A DNA stretch of 56,658 nucleotides, filler included, from Asterionella formosa (GCA_002256025.1; 4 parts of 4 records of this genome joined end to end with filler, not necessarily neighbours in it), one strand, 5' to 3'; numbered from the whole stretch's first letter, positions 11,311 to 24,100 are shown. A program made the numbers and translations. The notes: generated by a model not told the origin, from the letters alone.

Positions 11311-14136
11311 GCAAAAGTTGTTTACAGGTGATGAATAGCATTATTCCATGAGTAGCTAGAGATAATATTAATTTCTGCTGAGAAGCAATCCCTCCTCCCA
11401 AAATTCATTTCTGTTGTTGCCGTTGATGTCTTTGTTGATTAATTCAATTCCATGACATATATTAAATTTATAAATTAGTGTTGCTTAACGCTGTATCTGC
11501 AGCGATACACACAGAGACACATTTCGGAGCAACAAAAAATGTGTTCCTGGAAGCAACATATCACCCGGATATGCGAGATACAAAAATTGGGCCGAGCAAC
11601 ATTTTTTTGTTTTTTGTATCTTTGTTAAGATTGGCCCTTAATGATAGATGGCTACTACAAGGAATTCGACATTAATAATATCTCTTGTCCCTCCCTGCAG
11701 ATGCGAGAATGAGGATTGATACCTGATCACTAATCAATCAAGCATGATGGGCGATGTAAGTTATATTCTCTTTATCTTTTTATATGTCTATTGGAGCACG
11801 AAGTTGTATTTTATCTTCAATTATGTTTATATAAAACCCTTGCTTGACAACATCTTCTCGGTGCACTTGAGTGTAAGGAAGAGCGCTTGTGATCATATAT
11901 TGTGGATTGTTTCGTTGCATCTATGTGGAGATGGTTTACTCATTGCAACACTTTCGCTAACATTGTTCTTATCTCCTACAGTAAAATCAGATAAAAAGGT
12001 TAGAGAATATGAGTTTGCTGTCATTCGTAATGGTGGAATTTTGAATATTACATCAGCAACGTTGATGACTCTTTCATTTCATCTTTAAGAATGTCAAAGT
12101 GAATGATAGATGTCACTGAAATGAAAGGAATCAACGATGACCTATGTGCTCATTTTGTTAAAGGATGTGAAGTGGGAATGGATGTTGCATGCATAAAGGA
12201 TGTAAAATTAAGTAGCAATACATGTAACTCGACTTTTCTAGATCATTGATCGAACATCATAATATGTTTGACCGAAAGTAAGATTGCTTTAGATCTGTAG
12301 AAATAAATGCGTAAGGTCGAAAGCAAAGTATTATATGATCAAACAATCCAAATGTTAGATCAATAGATCAATTGACTTCATCGATCGGTTGTTATCATTA
12401 GATCGTAAGTTGGAACACTACTTGATAAAAAAGTAATGGTTCTGTATTAACGATGGTGCCATTGTTGGGACGATTAATTTTTGCGTGCATTGATGTATAA
12501 ATAGATTGAATGTATAATACTAAGGGAACACAACCTGATGCAACAACAAAAACTGTTTGATAAAAGAACAGTTTGTATATAAACATGCATAAATATGTTT
12601 ATGATCAAACACGCAAAAAGTTATTGATCAATAACTTTTTTTGTGTGATCTATAACTTGTTATAGATGATCGGAACAGAATTTTGTTTGATGGACAGCAG
12701 TGATTGCAATTTGTCTGCCATTTGTGGAGTGCAGGGCCTTTGTGATAATATCAATGCCATTGGAGCAGGGTGTGTTGGCCTTTGCATGAGCCGCATCCAA
12801 GTAGTTGGGAGCATTCTTGATGGCTACAATATCCAGTATGGGCAGATTCAATAATGGACACAGCAATTGGTGATGGGACCATTGCACTAAACACCACCCA
12901 ACAAGCTGACTGAAGTTTCGTGAGTCTTTATCAATTACTTTCCATCCACGGACTTTGGAGCATTGGAAGGAACGAACGCAGTCAAGGGATTGGCGGCTTT
13001 CTTCATGTCCGGAACACCTGAGTTTATATATAGCAGCTTGAAAAGCAGTACCTGCATGACGATATCAATTGAGGCCTGTCAATGTGCATCTGAAAGGAAG
13101 TATTACAATGATAAAGACTATAAATGGCGATAGTTCTTATGACACAGATCCTTCTGACAGCCCAAGAAGAGACTTAGGGAGCACCAGGATCAAGATTTCA
13201 TAGGGAGCACTACTAACTGTGTGAGATAAGCTGAATGATATGAGCCCCTATAGGCTTTTCCAGTCGTGATTTTCATTTAGTTATTATGCTCATTATACTG
13301 CAAAAATATTTGCTAGGTTCCCATCATAAGTGTTCAATAGTCAAACACCAAGCATCAACAAAAGTTGCAAAACTTTAATTGTAAATACAGATGCATTGAA
13401 TCTTATTTCCAAGGAGACAGACTTAGAGCATACACCCTAGGTAGTTGTTAGGATTTGAAGCAAACAAAATTTATTCAGTTCATCTAAAAGAGTGCCGACT
13501 TTTGCTAGCAAGTTCTCCACAGTTGCTAGTTGGCCAAGTCCTGAAAAGCAAGTATGATCGTTGGATAGCAATGGATCACTCGACTTTATAAATGAGCTAG
13601 AACTTGAATTGAAGGAGGACATCCCATATTGTTCAACGTTTTGTAATATTTTCGGAATCAGTGGCTTCATTGCTATTGACAAGTAACTGTGTTTAGAAGT
13701 CAAAACCAGCATAAGAGAAAATTCCAGCATACCATGTATGCTAAGTAGAGGAGGAGAACGAAAAGACTTGAAATAGTTCAATCACCATGCTTCAAAATCT
13801 GCAGGAGCACTGGCTCTCATTAATGTTGTCTTGCTTGGCCCAGATTTTAATAAATATCATGCAAAATGAAAAGGACTTGCTTTCGTCAAACATTAAACTG
13901 CTTTACTCTGTAAAGTTTTACTTTCAGAAAAACTTTTTGGCTATTGACATATTTTCTTATTCACTCAGGGCAGATGCTATTAATGAGTCGAAGTCCTTTA
14001 TCTGATTTGAACTTTATGATATGCACTCCAATCTAAGATGCTATTAATGAGTCGAAGTCCCTTTCTATGATTTGAACTTTATGATATGCTCCCCAATCTA
14101 CGTAGCACTTAACAGCACGGTCAAAAAATGGTCGGG

Positions 14137-14236
14137 NNNNNNNNNNNNNNNNNNNNNNNNNNNNNNNNNNNNNNNNNNNNTTAATTAATTAANNNNNNNN
14201 NNNNNNNNNNNNNNNNNNNNNNNNNNNNNNNNNNNN
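14137..14236. other. Artificial contig-join spacer (44 N + TTAATTAATTAA + 44 N)
   Basis: Identical 100-bp structure also at 28341-28440 and 42509-42608; the 12-mer has stops in all six frames. Confidence 0.95.
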
Positions 14237-14952
14237 GCATTCACTTTCTCAGCTGTAATCCCGTGTCTCCACCTAGCCTCACTACATCCATCCCTCCTCT
14301 TAACGGTGCTATTTACGTCCACTGTCAAATTCTTAAGGAGGTTGTATCAAGTGCTGCTGAGGCCGAATTAGCTGCTTTATTCCACAATGGCAAAGAGGCA
14401 TATGCTATTCGCACCATTCTTGCTGAGCTTGGTCATCCCCAACCTTCTACCCGTATTGTCACCGATAATAGCACTGCCAGTGGCATCGCCAATGATACTG
14501 TCCGACAAAAACGTTCCAAAGCTATGGATATGCGTTATTACTGGGTACGCGATCGGGTTCGCCAAGGCCAATTTCTTGTATACTGGAAAAAAGGTAGTTT
14601 GAATCGTGCTGATTATTTCACTAAACATCATCCCGCTTCCCATCATATGTTGATGCGCCCGCACTATCTCCATTGCCCTCCATCCCTCCCTAGTCCTCCT
14701 AACTATTATGCGTGCTTGGCTTCCGATGCTGATAGCATCTCCCTCCCCGCTCCTGTTCTTCTGCCTGCATCTGTTGGTGAGGGTGTGTTAATATCTGCAT
14801 ATGATGCTCCATACATGCGCCGTACGAACCATACCGGCGCAGCCACCAGATTAGGTACATGCGTGAGTGCTGACAACGATGTACTTGGAACAGCAATAGA
14901 ATAGTCATAATATTGTAGTTCACCTTTATTCACGATAAGGTTCCCCTCAACA
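14237..14952 (+). mobile_element. 3' end of a Ty1/Copia (CoDi-type) LTR retrotransposon: RNase H, PPT and probable 3' LTR
   Basis: SSAAEAELAALF...TDNSTASGIAN...KRSKAMDMRYYWVRDR...NRADYFTK; purine-rich ggtgagggtg followed by TGTTA (14786)...CAACA (14952). Confidence 0.9.
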
Positions 14953-15637
14953 ACTTGGTTGGTTTTGGGTATATACCAGGTCCCAGGGTACCTGGTACTG
15001 CCAGGTGAAGGGCCGGCAAAATACGTTTTTAACTTAAAAAATAAAAAGCTAAATATCTCGATCATCGGACTTTCTACAGGTAACAACTCACCTCACTGGC
15101 ATGCTGCTTGCTTTCGTTTTGGCTGAAGGAAAAGAACCGGAGTACGCCGTACTCTGGTTCTCCTCCATACTTCAATGCTGTCTTATGTATGGTGCAATAG
15201 CTCCTGACAAGCAGCGACGTAATCATTCCGGGGTTCGCGTACGTACTTCCTGGTACCTGAACCAGGTGCTTGTACTTGCTCCTATGAACCATCCATACCG
15301 GTGTGAACGTACTTTAAAATGTGCTACCTGGTACCTGGTACCTGGTACCTGGTAACTGCTACCGAGAAAAGACGACGATGACAGCATGCATGGACTCAAA
15401 TTTGCCACCATAAGAACACTCCTTTGATATTCTCGTCTGGCCTAATTATTACGGTTTGATGGTTGTTCCATTTCAACCAAAATCGCACGCCATTGTTAGC
15501 AATGACAATCTCGCCTTATCCCAGTTCGGTCACCTCGGAAATCATTAAATTTGAACAGACCGAGCACGTCTACCGTTCCTTCTCAGCCAGCTCCGAGTTC
15601 AATAACAAGTCCTTTCTCTTCCTTTCTCTGCAGAGCC

Positions 15638-16603
15638 ATGTCTATCGCTGCCACCAAGAAGTCGAACGGCTTCTTCTCGGAGGATTACTTCGTCGTGAAG
15701 GCCTCCGGTTTGTCCCAATTCCAGGCAATGACTGCTTACCTTGGAGGTTCGGCTTTTCAGACCGTCATGGACAACCCAGTCACGGCCTACCGTCAACTTG
15801 TCCAGCAATACGCAAAGGACGCAGCAGGGCTACCGGTCGATCCCAAGATCGCATCGCAAGAAGCTAAAGCGGTCTTCAAGGCTCACCCTGTCAGCGCCAG
15901 TTTGTCAGGGGTTGGACCTCGTTTGGTCGGTGTCGGCTTCAAGCGGGTCCCCAAGTTCGGGATCTTGTTGGGCATTTCCTTCTTCCTAGGCGAAGGAGAG
16001 TCTCCCGGGATGTGGGCTGCTACTGGCGCTTCCATCTTCAGCGCTCCGTTCATCAACCCTATCCGCATGATTGAGAAGCAACAGCGGGCTTACTTCAAGA
16101 CTACTGGGAAAGTCAAACCTATTATGGAGATCCTCAAAGAGTCTGCTGCCAAAAACTTTACTCCTCTCTTTCGTGGAACCGTTCCTTTAATGGGGCACTC
16201 GTTCGCTTCCGCCGTCCTTGGTCTTGTTGGGCAGCCCCGACTACAAAAGTACATTCAGACGGAGCTTGGATCGAAGACTGACTTGGGCAGAGCTGTGACT
16301 GGTTTGATCGCTTCTGCTTGTGTCTCGCCAATCTACGTTGTTATTACTAATCCGCTTTCGAGATTGGAAGTTATTATGCAAACGAGTGCGATTTCGGGCA
16401 AGTCCATCTCGGTCATTGAAGCATGCAAGGAAGTCGCTAGAGATTCCGCCAAGTTTGGAATGCGGGGTATCTTCCGCGGCCAAGGTATTGGTATCGCCAA
16501 GGCTGTCATCTCCTTAACATTGTTCCATGAAGGAAGAGTCTTCTTGCAACAATTTTTCATGCAACGCAACATTGCTAATGGGTCCTATGTTCCTCCGCAG
16601 TAG
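15638..16603 (+). CDS. Mitochondrial carrier family (SLC25-like) protein with divergent signature motifs
   Basis: Three repeats with Pro-kinked helices (NPVTAYRQ, NPIRMIEK, NPLSRLEV) and FRG motifs; 321 aa from ATG 15638; an upstream exon is possible (acceptor-like tttctctgcag at ~15633). Confidence 0.75.
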   Translation: MSIAATKKSNGFFSEDYFVVKASGLSQFQAMTAYLGGSAFQTVMDNPVTAYRQLVQQYAKDAAGLPVDPKIASQEAKAVFKAHPVSASLSGVGPRLVGVGFKRVPKFGILLGISFFLGEGESPGMWAATGASIFSAPFINPIRMIEKQQRAYFKTTGKVKPIMEILKESAAKNFTPLFRGTVPLMGHSFASAVLGLVGQPRLQKYIQTELGSKTDLGRAVTGLIASACVSPIYVVITNPLSRLEVIMQTSAISGKSISVIEACKEVARDSAKFGMRGIFRGQGIGIAKAVISLTLFHEGRVFLQQFFMQRNIANGSYVPPQ

Positions 16604-17013
16604 AATGTTGGAAACTGGATATCGATAGCATGCACACTGAGTACCCACGGAGCAGCAAGCACAACAACCACAAACCCACACACACAAGTCACAACAATTC
16701 CCCTCATGATTCAAGTATATTTACCGCTTTTACACACTGGTGATTTCGTATCACACACACACACACACAACAATACCCAAACACTAAGCTGCCCAACGTG
16801 CTAGGCGTGCAGCGTCATACTATAAAAAGTTCGTGATTTCTGTTTTTCTTGCACTCCACCACTGTCCTAACGACAATTTCAAGTAGTAATTCAGAACTAG
16901 TTTATTGTTCCCATCTTTTACAGTATATATTGTAGGCCTTGACGATGAGATATTATGATGTCACTAAAATACATGTAAAGATGCATTTGGGCGTTGCCCT
17001 CCCCTCGTCAAAT

Positions 17014-18555
17014 TTATGCAGCCTTGACAGTTTTGCTATAAAACATCTGTTTTCCTGCTTGAAGCCAACACACAATGAGTCCCATCGCACAAACTATGGA
17101 TGTTATTAGCAATGGCAAGAACTCCATTTTGGGAAAAAGAAAGACAGGATGGAGAATTTCCAGAAAGGACGCAACCATCAAGAGGACAAGAATACCAAAA
17201 ACATCCGCATGGGTCAAGAGCGATGGTACAGCAAGCATTTCCTCGAGTGCATGGACCGACAATGCAAGAAAGCCGACGTAGGACGTGACCTTCAAGGGAA
17301 GTTCTATAGGGCGGAAGAGCAAGGGAAATAGTCCAAGCAAACCCACGGCAGTCATCCGTAGGTAGAGGCGAGCACTATCTACCGATTGGGCAGCCAAGAG
17401 CGTCAAGGGAATTATAGCAGTCATGATTGCTTTTTCATGAACATGATATGCCAACATGAACGAGCTCATGGCACAAAAGACTACGCAGTAAAGAAGAGTA
17501 ATGGGCCTGGCCTTCCAGCCGCAAACTAGACCAGGTACCAAACCAACCAGCAAAATCAAGGCCACCAACGATGGTGGCAAATCTGGCAAACTCCAGGACT
17601 CGCCAACCTTTCTCCCCAAAAAACCCACAACTTTTTCACTGAGAACCCAAATAGCCCAAATATTCGCAGCCCAATAATCATGAACAAGGCCACGCCCGAA
17701 AGGAAAAAGACGACTCATCATCTGCGTCAGTTGATTGATCGGATTAGTTTCCAGTGCGAACGGGATAAAAGGAAGCGCGAGAGAAGTTCCAGTGACTACT
17801 GCCACACTGAGAAAGTTGGCACTATTGAACGACGGAGTCATGCAATAGACGCTCAGCAGGTAGACGAAGTATAGTGGCGCAAGCCCCAAATAGAGGTGCT
17901 TCATGGTCAATAGTATGGCAAAAAGCGCCGCTGCCAATAGATTGCATACGTGGTGATAAATTCCCCTGACATTAGCACCTCTCACGAGCAATCCCAGCGA
18001 TGCCAACAAAATCCCCAACAGCATCCCATTGTACTGGAAGTGAACATGGTCCAACCACAAAAGACCAGGGTTCAAAACAACAAGCAGGAAAGTCCACCGA
18101 CACTTGATTGCATCATTCGGAAACACTGCCCACGAGGCGACATAGGCCCCAAGCCAGAGAACCAAATCAGATATTATGACTGTCGCCCGATGGAACGAGA
18201 CACAAGCGCTCGAAACGCTATTCTTTGCATCTGGCAAAAGTGCCAAGCACGATTCGTCCAGCAGTTCTGCTTCCAGCAGGCTATCCGTGATGAGGTTTGT
18301 GCTCAAGAAATACTCAAAGAAAGCAAACGATGGCGGATAGTCCAACGTGTGCATTGTTGTGCCGTTGACGTCGTCAAAGTACCATTCTGAAAGCGGTAAA
18401 TGTTTCGTCAGCGCCAGCCAATTTCGATGCACATCAAAATCAGTGGATCGATACGCGGGGATAACCAATATCTTGGCAACAGTTGCAAAAAGCAAGGCAA
18501 TGATAACGGATCGAGGCGATCTCCTCAATGACGAAGTTGAGGGTGATGATGCCAT
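17014..18555 (-). CDS. ALG8: Dolichyl-P-Glc alpha-1,3-glucosyltransferase
   Basis: YRSTDFDVHRNWLALT, TLDYPPSFAFFEY, DHVHFQYNG, SRLFPFGRGLVHDYWAAN, YHVHEKAI; multi-pass membrane protein. Confidence 0.92.
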   Translation of the reverse strand: MASSPSTSSLRRSPRSVIIALLFATVAKILVIPAYRSTDFDVHRNWLALTKHLPLSEWYFDDVNGTTMHTLDYPPSFAFFEYFLSTNLITDSLLEAELLDESCLALLPDAKNSVSSACVSFHRATVIISDLVLWLGAYVASWAVFPNDAIKCRWTFLLVVLNPGLLWLDHVHFQYNGMLLGILLASLGLLVRGANVRGIYHHVCNLLAAALFAILLTMKHLYLGLAPLYFVYLLSVYCMTPSFNSANFLSVAVVTGTSLALPFIPFALETNPINQLTQMMSRLFPFGRGLVHDYWAANIWAIWVLSEKVVGFLGRKVGESWSLPDLPPSLVALILLVGLVPGLVCGWKARPITLLYCVVFCAMSSFMLAYHVHEKAIMTAIIPLTLLAAQSVDSARLYLRMTAVGLLGLFPLLFRPIELPLKVTSYVGFLALSVHALEEMLAVPSLLTHADVFGILVLLMVASFLEILHPVFLFPKMEFLPLLITSIVCAMGLIVCWLQAGKQMFYSKTVKAA

Positions 18556-19750
18556 TGATGGTTGAAGGCTTGCTTTTATTGTGCGTTACAAATTGGGAGT
18601 ACAGTACCTGGTACCGGTACCTTTTATTAGTGCTGCCAATTTTCAGGTAAAGGAGATGTGCATCTTTTTTGGAGTTTTTTACACTCTATATATTGCTACC
18701 TGGTAACCAGGTACCAAGTAACAGTATGTGACATTCCGGTATTTTAAATCGGGCGGTTAAAAATTTCAAAACACCAGTAAACTGTACTGGTATACATGGA
18801 ATGCAAATAGCAAGTACCGGTAAGAATCTATGTAAAAATCAACACCCACACACTGGAAGGAGTACCGGTATGCATTTCAGGATGTTGGGTGTAGATGGTT
18901 GTTACGAGCTTGGTACCTGGTACTGGTACCTGGTACTCCTTCCCATGGGTGGGTGGTTTGCTTTGCATAGATTCGTATTTGTATATACCGGTAGCATGGG
19001 ATCAGGTACCAGGTATACAGGTCAGACACAAATGTTACCATAATATCTATTACACTACTATTATCAAATAACTGCAACTATATGGGTCGAAAGGGACACA
19101 GAAAGAGTACAGTGATTCAGAATTGTTGTGTAGATTACTAGGGAAGCGATTTGTTAGTAGCACTTGCAATACTCCGATTATAACAGATGCTATTGTGGTT
19201 GCATACCAACTTAAACTGTTGGTATCAATCTCTATGAAATATTGGAGGAAATGAAGCTAAGCTCCACCTCCAAAAATTGAAAAAGAGACAAAGATGGCAC
19301 TATTGAGTGCATTGAATGTAACCATGAAAATATTCGCGTTGCACACAGACAGAGCCTTTTTTTTAGTTCATTGTACCTTAAAATTTACTTGTCATTTTAT
19401 TATTTTGCTTCCAAACAAATGTTGACATGCAATATGACGCAAGAGTAGTAGAAAGACCAAAAAATTGGAACAACAGTACCATTGCTTCAGCTATGAGAAA
19501 CTGCAATCACAGTTGGATCAAGAGGTCGGAACCTACTAGTTTGCTCTCCCGAAAGCCTTCTTGGTTCAAAAAGTTGAGAATATTCAGTTCCCAGTAAGAA
19601 GAAAGAAATCTAACTCTCAGCCAAAAGTCAAGATGTGATAGATGTGATGGCTAAAGGAGTACATGTGGTTGGCAAGCCAATGTCATCACACTGGTGGCTG
19701 CGGCTCCTAGCATCTGCTAGTGCTAAAAAAACAATAAATATGCATCAACA

Positions 19751-21139
19751 TCACACTAGTACATGCTTTTGTGCTAACCCCCAGTAGCTAAATGTAAATC
19801 GAGGAAATAGCTTACAATTGTAGCAACTTTCACTTTCTCCAATGGTGAAAGCGTTTCGCTGGTGATGACAAAGTCTTGGTATCGTAGTAATTCCGACCTG
19901 ATCTATGTCGTCCTCGTCTGTTCGAAAATAATTTTTGGTAGCTCGTCGAAAAGTTGACAGTGGCATGTCGTCCTCGCGATTTTTAGGTCCTAAATTTTTC
20001 ATTTGAGTCAAGTAGGTAGAGCTTACCAATTGAGCATGAGCTTGGGGCGTCCGGGAGCGTCCGGGAGCGTGTCTTGGAGGAAATCGCTCCGGCTTCGACT
20101 TCAAAAGTCATTGCTCCTTCAGCATTCTCTTCTTCATCCTCGTGGTATTCTTTGTCGTCGATCAAGAAACTAGTTGATGCTGCTTTGCGACGGCTGGCCC
20201 GTTGCTTGAGCACATGAGTCCTACACTACTGGTAGTTGTCGATTTACGGCTACCAGACTGTTGTCCTCCAGTGACCGATTCGCGGAATGATGCTCGCGTT
20301 TGTGTTACCTTGTGAAGTTCAACATTGGCTGCACCATTTGATTCATCTTTCTCCTCAGGGTCACCACCACTATCCATAGGTGTTTCGGAAATGTCCCTAG
20401 ATTTCCTCACTTTATCTCCAGTTGTGCCTAACGCCTTCCCTTCGCCCACACAGGTTGCTAGCACTGCGGTTCGGCGGTCACCCTTCCTCCCGACATCATC
20501 AGGTTCAAATGTGACAAATTTTCGGAAATAGGACTTACCCTTTCCAATATCCCTCACATCCAATTTCTTGTCTTGGCAGTCCTGAGTAGCCTCAAGGAGG
20601 TCATCTTCGACATCTTCATCAATCATCAACAATTCTTGTTGATGCTGCCTTGTTGATAAGGGCCTTTTGCTCAACAAACACCAATTTATTGTGAAATGTT
20701 TTGAGACCCAAGAAGCTTGACGCTGCTGCTTTGGAAACAACAGCATTTCGTTCTCCGACTTCCTTTTCAACCGTCGATCTAACGATGCCCCCAACACAAG
20801 TTTGTGAGGCGATACTGTGACTGTTCCCTTTACAACGTCCGGTTTGTTAATAAACTGTTTCTTGTCGTTAACGATATTCTGTACGGCTTCACTACTCGCA
20901 TTCTGCCCCACACCTTCGATCTCATCAAAAGCTATAGTGAGATTCTCAGAAATGGCTGATTGAAGGTCGCCGGGCGTTTCCATCCCACTTTCAACTTTGC
21001 CGACTGATCCATCCTGACTAACAAAACTAGCTGGCGCAACATTTCGTCGAAAGGATTTTTCCAGAGCGCGATCCAACGTCTCGGCTCTCCCCAGTTCTTC
21101 AAAAAGCCTGCCTTCGCCAAAACAACTGGCCGATACTGA
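19751..21139 (-). pseudogene. Apparent decayed C-terminal extension of the PHD gene
   Basis: Frame stays open for about 325 codons beyond the TAA at 21140-21142, then shifts; a 10-bp duplication (gcgtccggga) lies at ~20047-20067. Confidence 0.5.
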
Positions 21140-24100
21140 TTAATTGCGAGATGACGCTGACTCTCGCTTTTCCTCGTGGTCTACTGGAACATCTTGCAAC
21201 ACAAAAAAACTAGTTTTTTGTGCTTCATTTAGTTTTCGGACAATTTGCTCGGCAGCTGTGGGTTCGTGCAACGACGTACCAGAAACGTCAGGGGTAGGAT
21301 TCTTAGATGGAGGCCCTTCTTCCATTTTACGTTTAGTATCGTCGGAGTTTGGAGAGGGGGCTGAGATGATTCGTACATTCTTTCGCGGTCGGCTATGGTA
21401 TCGTCCCGCCGATTTCAGTTTTGGAGAAGACACTGTTTCCGGTGAATTCGGTTCCGGCGCCTTTTCCGGCTGCAGAGAAAGCACCAAATGCCCTGCTCCA
21501 CATTTTACAGACACTCCCTCAGCGACAGACACAGCTATTTCAATAGTGGCTCCCGAAGTGCTAGACGAATTCTGCAGTTGCCCTTGCGCAACAAGCTCCC
21601 CAGAATTCTCATTGAGACCAGCTGACTTTTGGGACTTGCTTCGCTTTGATGTCGCTGTCACATTCAAGTCATTTGGATCTGCTTTTCGTTTCTTTGTTTG
21701 TTCATTCAGTAGGACTTTCGGATTTAAAGCGGCTTTTGTCACGAGCGTTCCATCTTTGAACCGTTCAGGCTTCAGGAAGTCATCAGGATCATCGAAATCG
21801 ATTTCAAATACTTGCCCAGGTAGAAGTTCTTGCAATCCTGGAAGCCTTCGGGCTCCAAGTGTATACTTGGGAATTCTGTCAGGGCCTTCAAGGACGCATC
21901 CTCTTGAGGGCCTGACCGCTATCTTGTCCTCGCCAAAGCCAAGCAATCTCGACTTTGAACGATACGCAATTCCGAGCCACTCCGCAAAGAAGTCGATTTC
22001 CCATTCCTCCAGAGGACCTACAAGACTCTTTGTGTGCAACATCGCGCGGAAGGCGCGATCAAGCAGCACAGTGTCGCCATTTTCCACGCCGTCGAAGCTG
22101 CGATTTCGAAGTGCTGCTCCAAGTGCAGCCAATCGACACTTTCTTGCATCTTCGCATCTGCTATTCTGTGTGCTTTCAACAATGCGCTTTTCTTCATTGG
22201 TCATATCCTCTTCTTTTTGACCGGGTTCGAGAAGGGGTTCCCAGCTATCTTTATACAGGATCCACCATTCTGCCCACCGCCAGGCCCAACCAAGAGTATG
22301 CAATACTAGAATCGACAAATTCAGGAGACGAGAAGCATGCGCGAAGCTCATGACTCGTGCATCTTTGTTCTCCAACTTCTTGCCAGCCCTTCGCTTCTCG
22401 ATCTCTATTAGATCCTCAAGTCTCGCTCGAAGGTTTGCAACATTGCTGCCATGCCTGAAACATTTAGCATAGAATTCGTAACCTAATCCGTCTGCCGTCG
22501 CTCTGTTTTCGACTTCAAGTCCAGCCTGTCTAGCACATGTGGCATGAAATGAATAAGGTTTTCGCATCTCTCCCCAGCCTCGACAACCAGGCTCTGCACA
22601 TTGGATCTTCATTCCCTCGATACTTCCGCATAGTTCACACATGTACTTTTCGTAGATAAATCCGCGGCCATGGGTCATCACAACATCATTGCAATTGCAA
22701 ACAAGCTTCTGTTCATCAAAATGCACCTTCTCTTGCCACCTTAGAGGAGGAACAACAAACGTGAGAATTCAAGACAGTAAATGATTGACAAACACAGAGT
22801 ATGTATGCATGTATGTATCAACTCACATCTGACAAAGCTGATGACACCAAAATGGTTTTGCAAACAGAGTTTTCGGCCACTCCTTGATTTTATCTTTCTT
22901 TTTCCAAATGCTGCTTTTCATTGGCACAGCAAATGATTCGCGAAGCCAACCACCATTCTGAACACACAAGCGGCATCTAGGAATGTCGTATTCTTCTTTC
23001 TTTTCTTTCTTTTCCTCAACAACGGTGCAAGCACGACATTTAAACGTTCGATTGGTTGAGCTCACACCATCAGCTTCCGATGTACACGAATCACAGAAAA
23101 CTACTGCACATGACATGCATCGTGTCAAGTTCTTCCCGTCCTCTTCATATTGAAAGCAGCTCTCACATCGCACACCAAAGTTCTTCTTTAGCAAAATCTC
23201 GACAAGATCATCCTCAAAATTTCGATCCTTCATTGCTTCTTTCCTTTCCTTGCCAAGCATCTTGTGGAAGCTTTGAGAAGCCTTCGGTTTCGGCTTTTCA
23301 AGCTTTTCTGGTGGAAATTCTTTTGCAGCCATGATGAGTTGCTCAACAGTCATAGTCCCAGTGGGAATAAAATTTGGATCGGAACCGGAGTGGTCAGGGC
23401 AAAGTAGCGTCCAAGGATTGATGTCAACAGGCCCAGTACAGTTTTCGCCATGAACCACCTCACAGAGTCCAGACGATCTTGCACAGGAAACATGCAAAAA
23501 ATTTTCGCATCCTTGCTCTCGGCACTTATTGAAAGCACCCCGATCGCTTTGGCAAAGCATACAAGAGACCTTGAGGATGTGGAAATGCAACTTGAGCGGT
23601 AGGACGTCTTCGACACAATCCGTACATTGATCGTTCACGAAATTGAGACCTTGCCATTTCGCGCAAAGCACATGGACCCATCGGGATAACATTGTATTGG
23701 ATTCGTTTTCGGGCTTGCGATTCGATGTGTCGCAACGGATATATGCCCCTTGTTTGCGGGGACACAGCTCACAACAGATCGGTAATGGGGATGCGGAAAC
23801 CTTTATATCTGCTCCCCTTTCTAGCTGTTTTGCAATAACCATGCCCATTTTTTCGCGTTCGAAAAATCTACATGCGATGCAGTAGTAATCACCTGAAGGC
23901 ACACGCTCAATGCCGTAGCACATTTGATGGACAGCAACGTTGCAAGCTTCGCAAAATAGAATTTGGTTGTCTGGTGTAACCTCTCCATCATTGCAAATTT
24001 CGCAAACAGCGTCCATATCTTGATCACGCTGCGACTGCCATGCCATGTCGATTTCCTTCCGACGCTCTAAAACGGTTTGGTATGCATTAAGAACTTGTTT

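Larger units (their letters stand above)
9263..11637. mobile_element. Non-autonomous PIF/Harbinger transposon carrying captured host gene fragments
   Basis: TIRs gggccgatcttaacagagatacaaa (9263-9287) and tttgtatctttgttaagattggccc (11613-11637) with 2 mismatches; TTA TSD at 9260-9262 and 11638-11640; internal transposase remnant. Confidence 0.88.
8876..11790. repeat. ~150-bp tandem repeat (4 units); the third unit is interrupted by the Harbinger element
   Basis: 'agaatgaggattgatacc' at ~8877, ~9025, ~9176 and ~11707; the intact unit reads 'cattaatgatagatg' at the equivalent insertion site. Confidence 0.85.

Noticed and set aside
12660..14136. Short ORFs and a ~65-bp tandem duplication near 13975-14100
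   Set aside because: No recognisable family in the frames I translated
21144..22220. 358-aa plus-strand ORF
   Set aside because: Antisense to the PHD gene exon, with no recognisable motif
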